From Ginglymostoma cirratum (lineage: Eukaryota), in the NCBI GenBank assembly GCA_024137785.1, contig JAHRHZ010000041.1, positions 22,895,518 through 22,959,517 on the forward strand: DNA of 64,000 nucleotides, read 5' to 3'. A program made the position numbers and the translations under genes. The stretch's first letter is position 1. Every line of letters starts with the position of its first letter. The notes under the pieces are model-generated. The model had not been told where the DNA came from and ran no database searches. It saw only the letters and a program-made list of their open reading frames with translations. Below are positions 41,011-54,010 of this stretch, piece after piece.

Positions 41011-42954
41011 TTCTATTGTAGGATAATCCTACTAATTAATTATGCAGTCCTTAAGAATTGAATATAATGAAGTTGGGTTGTAAACCATTGACCAAATTTC
41101 TCAAACAATTGCTGCAATTTAAAGGCCAAGTTTGTTTGAGTTCTGGACAGTGTTACTGTTTCATTTATATATTGGATCACCACCAGCAAGTAAAGTATAC
41201 TTTAGATAAATCCACAGTAAACTGAAACGATGAAATATTCTTCCAGTTAATTCTGCAGTTTGAGTGGTGAGTATGGATGATTAAGATTTATGCATCTAAT
41301 TGGTTACTGAGATATGCATAGATATCAGAAACAGGTTCTGGGAGCTTTAGTCAGATGAGGATTGGGCACTGTGCTGATGGAAACTGATGAACATTTATTA
41401 ACTATTTACAATAGCTGGAGAGACATGGTAGAGCGAGACTTCACTAGAACCTTCTTTAGTCACGTCCCAGTTCTACGTAATCTGAAATTACTGATTATGC
41501 AGTCTACCTATTAGCAGGTATCTTCTAATCCTGTATATTACAGGATAATGCAGTGAATAGTAGCAATGTTATTTATAGATGAGTGAAACAAAGCCAGAGT
41601 TTTGTGCTGTAATGTTTTTTGTCCAAAAGAACAGTTTTATATTTTCATTTGTTCATTTGAATTGTTCGATTTGTTGAAGTAATGAGGGCTGTACTTGAAC
41701 GATTCTTGATTAGCTCCTATTGAATAATGGATTTTTTTACAATTAGTTTTGTTTGACTGGGTAAGCTTAGTTCTTTTCCAACCAGCTCCTGAAAAAAATC
41801 CTGTGACCCAGACCTACAAATTGACCGTTACCTGAAGAGAGCTTGAAACTGACTGAGAATCAAACACCAACAGAAACCAGTTGCCAAGGGAACCTCCAGG
41901 AAAGATCAAGGATTGATACTGCTGCCCCCTGAATTTGCAAGGGAGGTTTGTTTTCTTTAAAAAAACGACAATTTCAGTTGATTCTGTGGGTCTTTCTTTG
42001 AGATGTGCTTTAACACTTGATAAGGTCATTGTCCACAGAAGTTCTGCTTTTACAGTTTGGCGAGTGGTTGGTTAAATATATAGACACATTTCCTTGCAAG
42101 TTTCGGGCTCTGAATACGCTGAATATAAACATTTGTTGATGTATCAAATACAAGGCATGTACAGACCAAATACAGAAAGCTAAAAATATTTTTCTGTAGC
42201 ATGTAGACCATGTCCATTCCCCAAGGTAGGCAGCACCAGCGGCTTGTGTGGGTTTCTTCATTGATGTTAAGGAGGAAATATCTGAATACATGTTCTTAGC
42301 CCCAGGATGTGAATGTGCAGTATAGCATGCTGAGTGAGAGTACTAGGACCAAGGAAAACCTCGTGATTATGTCACAGAGCTGCATAATCACTGAGTATAA
42401 ATAAACATGGTGGGCAGAGTTCAAGCACACAAGTCTGGAACTCTGCACCAGACCAGATTACAATATGGACCTGAACTCATAAAACAGACAGATTAGTCTT
42501 TACCTAATGTAACTACAGGTCAGAGCTTTGAATATCTATGATTACTGTATTCAGCAGCATTTTTACGTAAAATGAAGTGTTGCTTTGAAGTCGAAGCCTG
42601 AAGACAGTCCTGGCTTTGCCTTCTCCTCATTCAGTCTATGTAAAGAACCCAAACTCCTAGTGTGACAACAAACCACATGATAAAGGATAACATTATCTGG
42701 GATTTTGTACATGTTTTATGAACCATAGCACTATTCAGCTGTTACAGCATGTAAACTAAAATGATATGTAAAACGGATTAAACACAGCCTGGACCAACCA
42801 TAGCATTACATTATATGGATTATAGCAAAGAGATGGTTTAACTTTATGTGATAAACAACAAGAAACACTGAGCAGATCAGGCAGTATCTATGGAGAGAAA
42901 CAGAGTTAACATTATTGGTTGATAATCTTTCATCAGAACAGTCTCTTCTACGCA

Positions 42955-43115
42955 TTAATCCTGGAATTCCCTCCCTAATGGCATTATGGGTCAACCCATA
43001 GCACATGAACTGCAGTAGTTCAAGGAGGCAGCTCACTACCACCCTCTCAAAGGCAACTAGGAACAGCAATAAATGCTGGCCAGTCAGCAATGCCCATATC
43101 CCACAAATGAATAAT
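42955..43115 (+). mobile_element. CR1-like LINE 3' end
   Basis: tcctggaattccctccctaat...ggcagctcactaccaccctctcaaaggcaactagg...aataaatgctggcc; other copies at about 18070-18260, 50680-51250 (minus) and 58510-58650. Confidence 0.75.
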
Positions 43116-46019
43116 AGAAATCTCCCAATTGAGTCAATAATTTGTCCCTAGTTTCATGTGTTTTATCTTTAGCTAACAGCTCTAACGAGGAACTTTATCA
43201 AGCTTGCTTATCAGTTAAAGCCATCTCAACTCTGTTTATATTGTGGTCAGCAGAAACTTAGATTAACAAAAGTAACCATGAACATTATCCATTAACTGAA
43301 AGATTGATTGAATTGCAGTAAGCAAAATAAAGCATTGAAACATGTAGTTTCAAAATATTTTGTTCATCAACATGGATTAATAACTTTGAAAACCATTTCT
43401 TCTAAACTGCAACAGTAAGCATTGTGAATTGATTGCCATTGATAAAGCTTCTTTAAAATATTAAAATAGACAGCCTTTTGTCCACATACAGATAACGCTT
43501 CATAAATATACTGAATGAGTGTATTAACTGAAAATCTGACACTGACTTTATGTGGAGAATGGTAATTGATGAAGTGTACAATAATTCAGTTCCACTGTGA
43601 ATTGCACAAGGTGGAAATTGCCAATTGATACATGAATATCATGGAGTTTTTCTTTTTGTAGGGAATTTTTCAAAATTGGTAAATGGATGGAAACTGAAAT
43701 CTTCCAACATTAGAAGACAACCTATTTAACTGCTTTTCAGCAAAATAAAACTGAATAACCTTAGTAGCTGTCCTAATTTGTCAGTAATCAGCACTAAATT
43801 GTCAATCTCTCAACCAGATTTTATGTGGCAATTGATGTAGCAAATAGCATGATGTCATATAGTTTGGGTTGGGGATGACTATAGGCTGTGCTTAATACAA
43901 TTGCCTGAACCCATTTTAAAGCATTATATTCTGAGTATAAAAACGGACAAAATAATAATATTTTTAATTGGTTCATTATAATATAATAATAATAGTTCTC
44001 TATCTTGAACAATGATGATGAAGTCTCAATGGAGCCAACTAAGGAAAAAGCTGAATCGAGAGCATGGGTAGGCGGATTACTATACATGGATGAAATTGCA
44101 GAATTCCTAAAATATCTTGTAGTAAAGAGACAAATAAAAATATTTCTAAAAATTAAATGATAAAATGAATTACAATTCTTTGTCATCTTTCCATTTTCAG
44201 AAGGCACACCTATAGCAAAACATGCTTTCTAATTTATTTTTCATCCGTGACATAGGGGACTGATTTCCCTGTTGTTTACATGCAAAAGTATTTTCCATTT
44301 CCTTGCACTAATTTTTCCAGTTAGCAGGTGTATGCTCATCGGTACCGTTTTAATGATTAGAAACAAAGGATGTGCTCTCCACATGGGCCATTCTCACAAC
44401 TACAAACGGATCTAATTGTTGGTGTTTAACTTTGGCTTTAAAAATGCTTACCATATTTCGTCACATGTAGGCAACTCACGAGCTGCACCCTAAATTGAAG
44501 GCCTAACCATGGGCCTGTTCTGAGGAAGGGTCACTGGATCTGAAATGTTAGCTCTGATTTTTCTTCACAGATGCTGCCAGACCTACTGAGCGTTTCTAGC
44601 AACTTCTGTTTTTGTTTCTAATCATGAGCATTTGTTTGTTTTTAACTGTATTAACACTTCACCTAGACTTGCACCAATTTTTGCACTGAACAAATTCTGA
44701 TCTATGTTTAAGTAAACACAATAGATTCTATTTGTTTTGCAGCACAGATGCTGAAAAGATGTACATTTTTTGCTGAAAAAAGACAAAACCTGCACACATC
44801 AGGACATTTTAAAAGAATACAAATTCAAGGGGATAGGCAACATTTATGCTGCATGTGAGGAGACTGCTGATTAGTTGACAAGTAGACTCTGAATGGTGGC
44901 AGTAAGAACTGCCGATGCTGGAGTCAGAGACAACACAGTGTGGAGCTGGAAGAACACAGCAGGCCAGACAGCATCAGGGGAGCAGGAAAACTGACGTTTC
45001 GAGTCGGGACCCTTCTTCAGAAAATGTTGCCATGGAGAATGCATATATTAATTATGGTCTGTAAACAAAAAAATGCTGGAGATCACAGTGGGTCAGGCAG
45101 CATTCATGGAGAGAAAGCAAGCTAACGTTTCAAGTCTAGATGATTCGCCGTGGATACTGCGTGGCCTGCTGTGATCTCCACCATTTTTTGTTTTCAGTAC
45201 AGATTCCAGCATCTGCAGCAATTTGCTCCTACATTAATTCTGGTCATCAGTTAACTGCCAGACTTTATTTAAATGTTAAACACAGCAGACTGACTCTGAT
45301 TAGTTGGGGTACTGCCTTGAGAAATGAACCAATGTCACCTATGTTATTTAAATGAAATGGACACAGTGCATGTGCATTTTCATCCCATTTGCAAAATACT
45401 GGGCTGTTTTGGTTCTCCCCTTGAATTGGTGCTCATGCAAAATGTCCTGATGAGTGCAAGACAAAAAGGTTTGACAAAGTGCGTCTTTTTTCAGCAGTAT
45501 ACTTCGTTTTTAGAAAAGCAACAAATGAGTAATAATTGTGACGGGGCAACAGTTATCGGTTTATCAATGTTTCAAAACCAGTGGAACAACTTAGATGTGT
45601 TGCAATTTTAATGAAGAAAAAGGTTTGGTTAAGATCACAGTGAAAATGGGCTATGAATATTTAACTTTCATCATTTGACCTCAATGCTTGAGACTTTCAT
45701 GGACTAAAAATGGGTTTCTGAAAAGACACTGCTGACCTAAACTTGTTGCTGTAATCACAATCGGTAATCAAAACCATATTGAATATAGGAATCTGGCTGC
45801 TTTGGAATTACCGTTGTAATGAAGACACAAACTCAGTGAGGCATTCCTTCTTTTACTCTGATAACAGAGTGTGGAGCTGGATGAACACAGCAGGCCAGGT
45901 AGCATCAGAGGAGCAGGAAAACTGATGTTTTGGGTCTGGGCCCTTCTTTTACTCACCTTTGCATGATAAATTTAAATATTGAAGGATAAAGTATTGCTTA
46001 CATCTATCCAGCTTGAAAT

Positions 46020-48860
46020 AAAACATTGCTTCAGATACCAGAATTTGCCAACAAAGCAGGAGAAAGGATCATGGACTTCTAACAGCATTTGTTAAGAGCA
46101 TTGCTATGGAGAATGCAGTAGTTAGATGGCAACTGACAAGTAATTGTCAAAGATAACAAGGTGTAGAGCTGGATGAACACAGCAGGCCAAGCAGCATCAG
46201 AGGAGCAGGAAGGCTGACATTTCAGGCCTAGACCCTTCTTCAGAAAAAACCTTGTTACACCTACACCTACACCTTGTTATCTCAGATTCTCTACCATCTG
46301 CAGTTCCTACTATCTCTGAAGTAATTGTCAAACTTCATTTAAGTTTTAAACAAGACATGTTAACCCTGTTTGGGCAATGCATTGCCCTCAGAAATTAATT
46401 CAAAGATTAACTGTCATCCATCTTGTTGAGTTTAAAAAGGCACAGTACATGTACATGTTCTTTTAGTCTGCAAAGGACAGAGTCCTGTGTATTAATATAT
46501 AATATATTTAGCTTCCAATGCATCCAAGTGGATCACTACAAACTTGACTGACAATCTTAAATTATTCAAGCTCATGAACGGGCCTAAGGCCACCACTTCT
46601 GGTCCGAGAAGTGCCCAAACTACCTCATTGTGTAAAATATTTCAACAGTTGGGCAACAGGTGAAGACAGCAGTTTCACACCGCTACTATGCAATAGCTAC
46701 GCGAGTGTGTGTGGAACATCAGCAGCATGTTGCCATTAAACCAAAGAAAGATATTCTGCCTATCACACAAATGATAAAGTATATGAAATTCAACACTGAT
46801 GTGATGCTACATAGATAACAAGGTGTAGAGCTGGATGAACACAGCAGGCCAGGCAGCATCAGAGGAACAGGAAAGCTGACATTTCGGGTCTGGGCCTTTC
46901 TTCAGAAATGGGGGAGGGGAAGGGGGCTCTGAAATAAATAGAGTGGGGAAGGCAATGATAGAAGGGGGATAGAGGAGCAAATAGGTGGTGAGAAGACGAA
47001 CAGGTCAAGGTGGCAGGGATGAAGCCAGTAAAGGCACGTGTAGGTAGGGAGAGATAGTAGGAACTGCAGATGCTGGAGAGTCTGAGATAACAAGGTGTAG
47101 AGCCGGATGAACACAGCAGGCCAAGGAGCATCAGGGGAGCAGGAAGGCTGATATTTCGGGCCTAGACCATTCTTCAGAAGGCCTGCTGTGTTCATCCAGC
47201 TCTACACCTTGTTATCTCTGTAGGTAGGGAGTTGGGATGGGGGTTGGTCAGTGAGGAGGGAGGGGCAGATAGGTGGGTGTGAAGACGGACAGGTCAAGGA
47301 GGCAGGGATAAGGCTAGTAGAGGTGAGGTGAATGTGGGTAGGAAGTGGCGGTGGGGGTTGGTCAGTGAAGTGGGAGGAGCGGACAGGTGGGAGAGAAGAT
47401 GGTCAAGGAGGTGGGGGCGAGAGGGGAGCTGGCCTTGCGATGAGGTCAGGAGTGGGGAGATTTTGAAGCTTGTAAAGTCCATATTGAGACCATTGGGTTG
47501 TAGGGTTCCCAGGCAGAATATGAAGTGGTGTTCCTCCAGTTTGTGGGTGGCATCGTTGTGGCACTGGAGGAGGCCCAGGATAGACATGTCGTCCAAGGAG
47601 TGCGAGGGGGAGTTGAAGTGGTCCGCGACTGGGAGGTGCAGTCGTTTGTCACGAACCGAGCCTAGGTGTTCTACAAAGCGGTCTCCAAGCCTTCGCTTAG
47701 TTTCCCCGATGTAGAGAAGGCCACATCGGGAACAGCGGATACAGTATACCACATTAGCAGATGTGCAGGTGAACATCTGTTTAATGTGGAAGGTTTTCTC
47801 GGGGTCTGGGATGGAGGTGAGGGGGGAGGTGTAGGGGCAGGTGTAGCACTTCCTGCAGTTGCAGGGAAAGGGCCTGGGACTGTTGGGGCTAGTGGGTAGT
47901 GTGGAGCGGATGAGGGAGTCACACAGAGAGCGGTCCCTCCAGAAGGCATATAAGGGTGGGGAGGGAAATATATCCTTGGTAATGGGGTCAGATTGCAGGT
48001 GACAGAAGTGGCGCAGAATGATGCGTTGAATCCGGAAGTTGATGGGGTGATACGTGAGGACAAGGGGAATTCCATCTTTGTTGTTATTGCGAGGAGGGAG
48101 TGTGAGGGCTGAGTTGCAGGAAACGCAAGAGATGTGGTCGAGGGCGTTTTTGACCACTGAGGGGATTAAATTGCAGTCCTTGAAAAATGAGTACATTTGG
48201 AATGTCCGGGAGTGGAGCACCTCATCTTGGGAGCAGATGCGGCAGAGGCAACAGGCTGTACAACCCAAGACGAAGGGATGGTATCAAACAGCATATCTCT
48301 TCAGATGCTCACAGCAAGCAAGTTACTGACTGTACCCAGCCAGCCTAAGCTTGCAGAACCCAAGAAGTTGTGGTTTTGTGATTGGACAACATTTAATATA
48401 TAATCATGAATATGCAAAGAATTACACTGCTAACCAACCTAAAATTGTCAACTGGGCTCATAGTTCAATGCACTTGCCTATACTGGAAGCTACATATATT
48501 AATTGACATGCTCTGTTCTCTTCAGATACAAAGAACATGTACAAGCATTGCACCTGTTTCAACTCAACATAATTAGTGGCAGCCAATCTCAGGTTTGTTT
48601 CTCACGGCAATGCCTTGACCTATTGCAGTCAACTTGCCTGGTTTAAAAGTTAAATACATCTTCATAGTTAACTATCAGTCACCATGAAACTGGGTCAAAT
48701 CCATTGGCATCACCTCTACCAATCACTGTCCACTTGCCAACCAATCAGCATTCTCCTTTCATACAGTATTTCCCTTTACAGTGGTATTCATGTGAATTGC
48801 CTGAATGATTGCAAAATGAAGAATTTCAACAAACTTTGTCATTTTTCAGCAATATTTAAC
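46020..48860 (+). mobile_element. Older Penelope-like element with an inverted 5' repeat, split by younger insertions
   Basis: GIY-YIG remnant KDILPITQM..VYE..CDA|..GCTTQ..GIKQH interrupted at 46813/48251. Its 3' region (about 48490-48860) is reverse-complementary to about 46020-46570 and 44760-45380. Confidence 0.6.
46814..48250 (-). mobile_element. Young Penelope-like element, 5'-truncated, with an open GIY-YIG endonuclease reading frame
   Basis: ORF 47294-48268 contains IPLVLTYHP, CNCRKCYTC, NVVYCIRCSRCGLLYIGETKRRLGDRFVEH and LEEHHFIFCLGTLQPNGLN; terminal repeat at 46814-46910. Confidence 0.95.
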
Positions 48861-50679
48861 TAAAATGTAATAGCTATGAGTTTGAAAACATTTGCTGTGA
48901 CTAGCTGAGAGGTGGATTAAAAAATCCATCACTGCTCACCTGGTTGTAACAGACTATACTCTCCACTGATTCCTACAATTTTTTTTATTACATGTATATT
49001 AAAAACCAGGTGGTACCTAGGGAAGATAGGAATTACAAATTATCCAATATTCCATATTTACATTAGATTATAGTCAACCACCTTTATACTACAGTACAAC
49101 TTGTCTAATTAATCATTTCACTCTACCAGTCAAGAAACTACTACGGGACAGAAAAATGGGAAACAGAAATGAACTTTCAATATAAAGAACAGGTACTATT
49201 CCTACATGAAGTGCTACTACAAAAAGAAATCATTCAACTGAATAGGGAGCATTTAATTCTTCATCTCTCCTTGCAGTAGTGTGCCACATCTCAAAGCATA
49301 AGAAATAACCCAACAGCTATCATCAGCAAGAACATTGGTTTATTTTGTTTATTGGATGGTCAAACAATCCGTACATTTTGCAATTCGGAACGATAATCAA
49401 TATGTGTGAAAAGAAAACAGTGAAGTTCAGTATCAAACAGCACACTACAGGATTGTTCCTCATTTATGAGATTACATTGAAAATGATTCTGAAGGAAAAA
49501 AAGATTCTTCGTTCTGCTCATCCTCCCTCCCAGTCCAGATCCATATCCTCAAACACTAAATAAATGGAGGTGTAGACGCAGTGGCAATTGACTTTCAATT
49601 AAAATTGGCTGCTTAAAATTGATTTTGAAAAATGTTGACTGTAGTATGGCTCGAACAGACACAGAACAGATAGCTTCCAGGCAGGTTAAAAGTCAGCTGC
49701 ATAAAGTTTGCTGAGCCTCGCTGAAACTCTGCCATGTTGCCTTGAAAGAAAAGTTTACAGTGCTATTATAGCTGTTGTAATATTAACTGGTGCAATTTTC
49801 TTTTAAATAGTGCTGTTACAATTCAGACTCTTGGTTTAATGCATTAAAAATCCTCAAGGACCCTGTCTTGTTACAAACTAAATTTCATGCTTTTACCCTT
49901 TCTTCACTATGGATTACCTAGCTAAAGTCTATTGATTAATCTTGACCATGGTAAATTGTGTACTGGAATCCTTCCTGGGTTCCATTATGTCTAAAGTTTA
50001 CATAGTATAAAGCAAATTTATATAGACTAACTAAACTAATTTATATATGTTTAAATCACATACAAAACAAAATTGTATGTTCACAGTGGAAGGTACTGCC
50101 TTTTTATAATTCATATTTACAATATATACATTTAAAAAGATAGATGATGCATCAATTCCTCTCAGGCTTTTGCTATAAAGCAGTGTCTTTGAATGAAAGT
50201 GGAACGAGGTAAATTTATTACTTAACTAGTTTCATGCAAATATCAAAGTCAAATGTCCTTTAAGCTGAATACCTTTCAGAAATCTAGTATTAACTCAGAT
50301 ATCTTTCACACCTTACATGAATAGAATACTGCTATTCAACAGCAAAGTATAACAAACGCCTTACAAATAAAAGACCAGACATTCACATTTATTTGCTGAT
50401 GCTGGAAGTAAGGGAACACTTCTTGATCTTCAGAGATTTCTGTGCTGATTGAAATGAGGCAGCTGGATTCCTTTGATGGACTCGATAAGACCACTACAGT
50501 CATGGAAAATTTAGAACTCTTTCAAAAACAAAGCAGCAAAAATTGTGATGTGGCACCTAGGGTTAGATGTTACAATCACATCAAATCACCAAGTAGGCAA
50601 TTATATGTTTCTTCATGTGCAACCTACCAATATGGTACCTTTCCAATCCAGGAATGCCCCTTTAGTTTGTTTTTTAATT

Positions 50680-51250
50680 TGTTCATAGGATGCAGATGTC
50701 ACTGGCTAGGCCAGCACTTACTGATCATCCCTAACTGTCCTTGAGAAGGTGGTGGTGAGTTGCATTATTGAATTGCTGCCATCCTTGGTGTATTGCCACA
50801 GTACTCTTAGAAAGGCAGTTCCAAGATTTTGACCTATCAACTCTGAAAGAACGGTGATATATTTCCAAGTTAGGATATTGTACGGCTTGGTGGAGAATTT
50901 ACAGGTGGTGGTGATCCCAAGTATCTACCATCTTTGTTCTTCTAGGTAGGGTTTGAAAGATGATGTCTGAGGAATCTTGATGGATTATCGCAGTACATTA
51001 TGTGAATGGTGCTCATTTCTGCCACTGTGAACCGCTAGCAAAGGGAATGAATTGAATGGGTTGCTTTGTCCTGGATGGTGGCAAACTTCCTAAGTGTTGT
51101 TAGAGCTGCATTCTTCCATACAAGTTAACAGTGTTCAATCACACTCCTGACTTGTGCCTTGTCGATGGTGGACAGTTTTGAGGGGTCAACAGGTGAGTTA
51201 CTCATTACAGGATTCCTAGCTTCTCACATAATCTAGTAGCCACAGTCTTT
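50680..51250 (-). mobile_element. CR1-like LINE 3' region
   Basis: Reverse complement of the 42955-43115 tail, extended into ORF2 (actcctgacttgtgccttgtcgatggtggacag). Confidence 0.75.
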
Positions 51251-51365
51251 GTATTATAGAATTGTGAAGTACAGAACAGGCAGTTTGACCTAGTGAGTCT
51301 GCACCAACAAAAAAAACTACTCTAAATCTATACTAATTCCACTTTCCCGCATGAGCCCATAGCCT

Positions 51366-52005
51366 TAAATGAAGAAGGTGTTTGGGATGCTTGCCTGCAT
51401 TGGTCAGAACATTGAGTATAGCAGTTGGGACATTATGCTGCAGCTATACAGGACATTGGTGAGACCACATTTGGAGTGCTGCATTCAATTCTGGCTGCCC
51501 TGCTATAGGAAAGATGTTGTTAAATTTGAAAGCATGCAGAAAAGATTTACAAGAATGTTGCCCAGACTGGAGGGTTTGAGCTTTAGGTAGAGGTTGAATA
51601 GGCTGGGGCTTTTATCCCTAAAAACATCGGAGGCTGAGGGGTGACCTTATGGAGGTTTATAAAATCATGAGGGGCATCGATAGGGTGAATTGCCAAGGTC
51701 TTTTTCCTAGGTTGGGGGAGTCCAAAACTAGAGGGCATAGGTTTAAGGTGAGAGGGGAAAGATTTAAAAGAGAGCTGCAGGGTAATGTTTTCACACAGAG
51801 GGTGATGCATGTATGGAATATACTGCAAGAGGAAGTGGTGGAAGTGGGTACAATTACAACATTTAGAAGGCATCTGGATGGGCATATGAAAAGGAAGGGT
51901 TTAGAGGGATATGGGCCAAATGCTGGCAATTGGGACTACGTCAGATTGGGATGGCTGGTCGGCGCGGCCAAATTGGATCAAAGGGTCTGTATGACTCTAT
52001 GACGG
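51366..52005 (+). mobile_element. CR1 (HER1-like) 3' fragment inserted into an opposite-strand CR1 (about 51255-51365 plus 52006-52370)
   Basis: IEYSSWDIMLQLYRTLVRPHLECCIQFW and GESKTRGHRFKVRGERF; tail gtatgactctatgac. The host encodes SYEEWLDKLG...LRGNLIEAYKMM on minus. Confidence 0.85.
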
Positions 52006-53329
52006 GGTGCTTATCCATTGTACGTTTTAAAGATTATCAGGTTTCCTCCTGAACTGCCTTCCCAGACGGACAGTGCACTCCAGATCCCACCACCCGCTCG
52101 GTGAAAAAAATTTCTTCGAATCCTCTCTAAACCTCCTGCCTTTCACCTTAAAATTATATCCCCTTGTTATTGACCCTTCAACTAAAGGGAACAACTGCTT
52201 CCTATCCACCCTGTCTATGACCATCATCATCTTATACGCCTCTATCAGGTTCCCTCTCAGACTTCCCTGCTCTGAAGCAAACGACCCAAGCTTATCCAGC
52301 CATTCTTCATAACTAAACTGCTCTATCCCAGGCAACAACATGTCAATCTTCGCTGCATCCTCTCTAGTGCATGCACATGGCTAGTTCAATTCAGTTTCTT
52401 GCTGCATCAGGATGCTGACTGGTCCAGTTATGTTTTCAGGATAACAGGATGAGCAGGAGCAATTTATGTTTCAATTTGCACTGCTACCTTTCATAGTTGA
52501 ATTTCTGAAAATATTATTTGGCATTTTTACAACTTGAACAAAGAATGGATGGGGTCCAATAACGAATATGACCAAATGACTTTGAAATGTGTTCATTTCA
52601 CTTCTAACTTAATTCCATGTTAAACTATGAAACATCTGAAGGAAAAACAATGCTGCAACAAGAGACCTTGGCTGCCGTAATGGGCAGGTAAAATCACTGA
52701 AGACAGCTGAGGACAAAGCTCCAGTTTATAATTTGTAAAATCCTCTGCATTGAGCTTGCTGCAGATTGTGTCTGTTTTCATTTTGCCTATAACAGAAATT
52801 ATTTGTAGTGAAGCCCCAAAAGTTGAGTATGCCAACGGTCACAGCTGCAGAAAATGTGAACACCCAAAATAGCTGGCAGCATTTCAAGTAAAACCTTATG
52901 ACATCCATAAGTCTTTGTACAATGAAAATTTCATATCTGAATAGGTTATAGTTAAAAACTTGTTATTAAAATCTCACTAAAGGGAAGAAATCAGGGACGT
53001 TTATTTCTGTTTTTCTTGTTTCTACCAGCTTGACGAACAGATACAGACTTATGATTGCTTTTCTCAGTCATGCTTACTGATTGACGTAATGTTTAAAAGT
53101 TGTGTACAGAAATGAAAGGAAATATGCTTTTTACAGAAATAATGGAATTGGTCTGTCAATCTCAAGAAATACGAGACAAGAAACCAATCCTGTGGCCTTG
53201 AATGATACTCCACAGGAGGAGTGCATGAACAAAATGGACTAAGCCAGCAAACTCCCACCTCCAGGATTTGGATGGAACACAGCACAAAACCCAGCATGAT
53301 TATCCCCTCCAGTTTGCTCTGCTGTTCCA

Positions 53330-54010
53330 TGAAATCATGATTGATCTGTGACCTAACTCCATTTTCAGCCTTTGTCCATTTTTTTTAGTGCAATCTGAGT
53401 AATAAAAGCCTATCAAACATCAGTTGTTGTTTGCAGAAGAAAATGCCAAATTTATATAACCTTTTGTTATTTAGAAGTGTTTCTTAATTTCACATTTGAA
53501 AGGGCTGCCTCTTGTTTTCAGACTACGTCCCTAAACCTACATTTCCCCCCCAAGGCCAAAATATACTTTTTAACTTGTGGTGCCCATAATTGCTTACAGT
53601 CCTCAATTAAAGTCCAAGTCCCATTGCTAATTAAAAATTTGTCTAATTCCTCAGTGTCCCAGCATACATTGCAGTGTGAGATGGTGAATTACAAATTCAC
53701 AACTCTCTGAGAGATGTAATTCATCCACATCTCTGTCTTAAAGCTATCCCTTAACCTAAAAGTGTGACCTCTCATTCTGCGTTGCCCCACGAGGAAATAT
53801 CCTTTCTACATCAACTTTTGTCAATCCCCTTTGGCATCTTACATACCCCAATTAGATCTTGTCTCATTTTTCTAAATTCCAGAGACTTTAGTAAACTACT
53901 CAATCTCTATTAATAAGACAAACTCTTCATCTCTGGAATCAATCTAGTGAATTTCTTCTAAACTGCCTCCAATACAAATATAGCCTTCTTTAGGGGGACC
54001 AAAATTGCAC
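53330..54010 (-). mobile_element. Highly degenerate CR1 fragments
   Basis: aatctagtgaatttcttctaaactgcctccaat and gggggaccaaaattgcacaca are CR1 reverse-strand motifs. Confidence 0.55.

Noticed and set aside
41832-44488. Minus-strand exon-like segments at about 41832-41928 and 44451-44488
   Set aside because: Isolated AG...GT pairs with unrecognised peptides that cannot be chained; expected by chance in 64 kb.
47294-48268. Longest ORF in the window (324 aa) as a host gene or active element
   Set aside because: It is the C-terminal part of a 5'-truncated Penelope ORF; the RT core is missing and the start codon lies in flanking older repeat.
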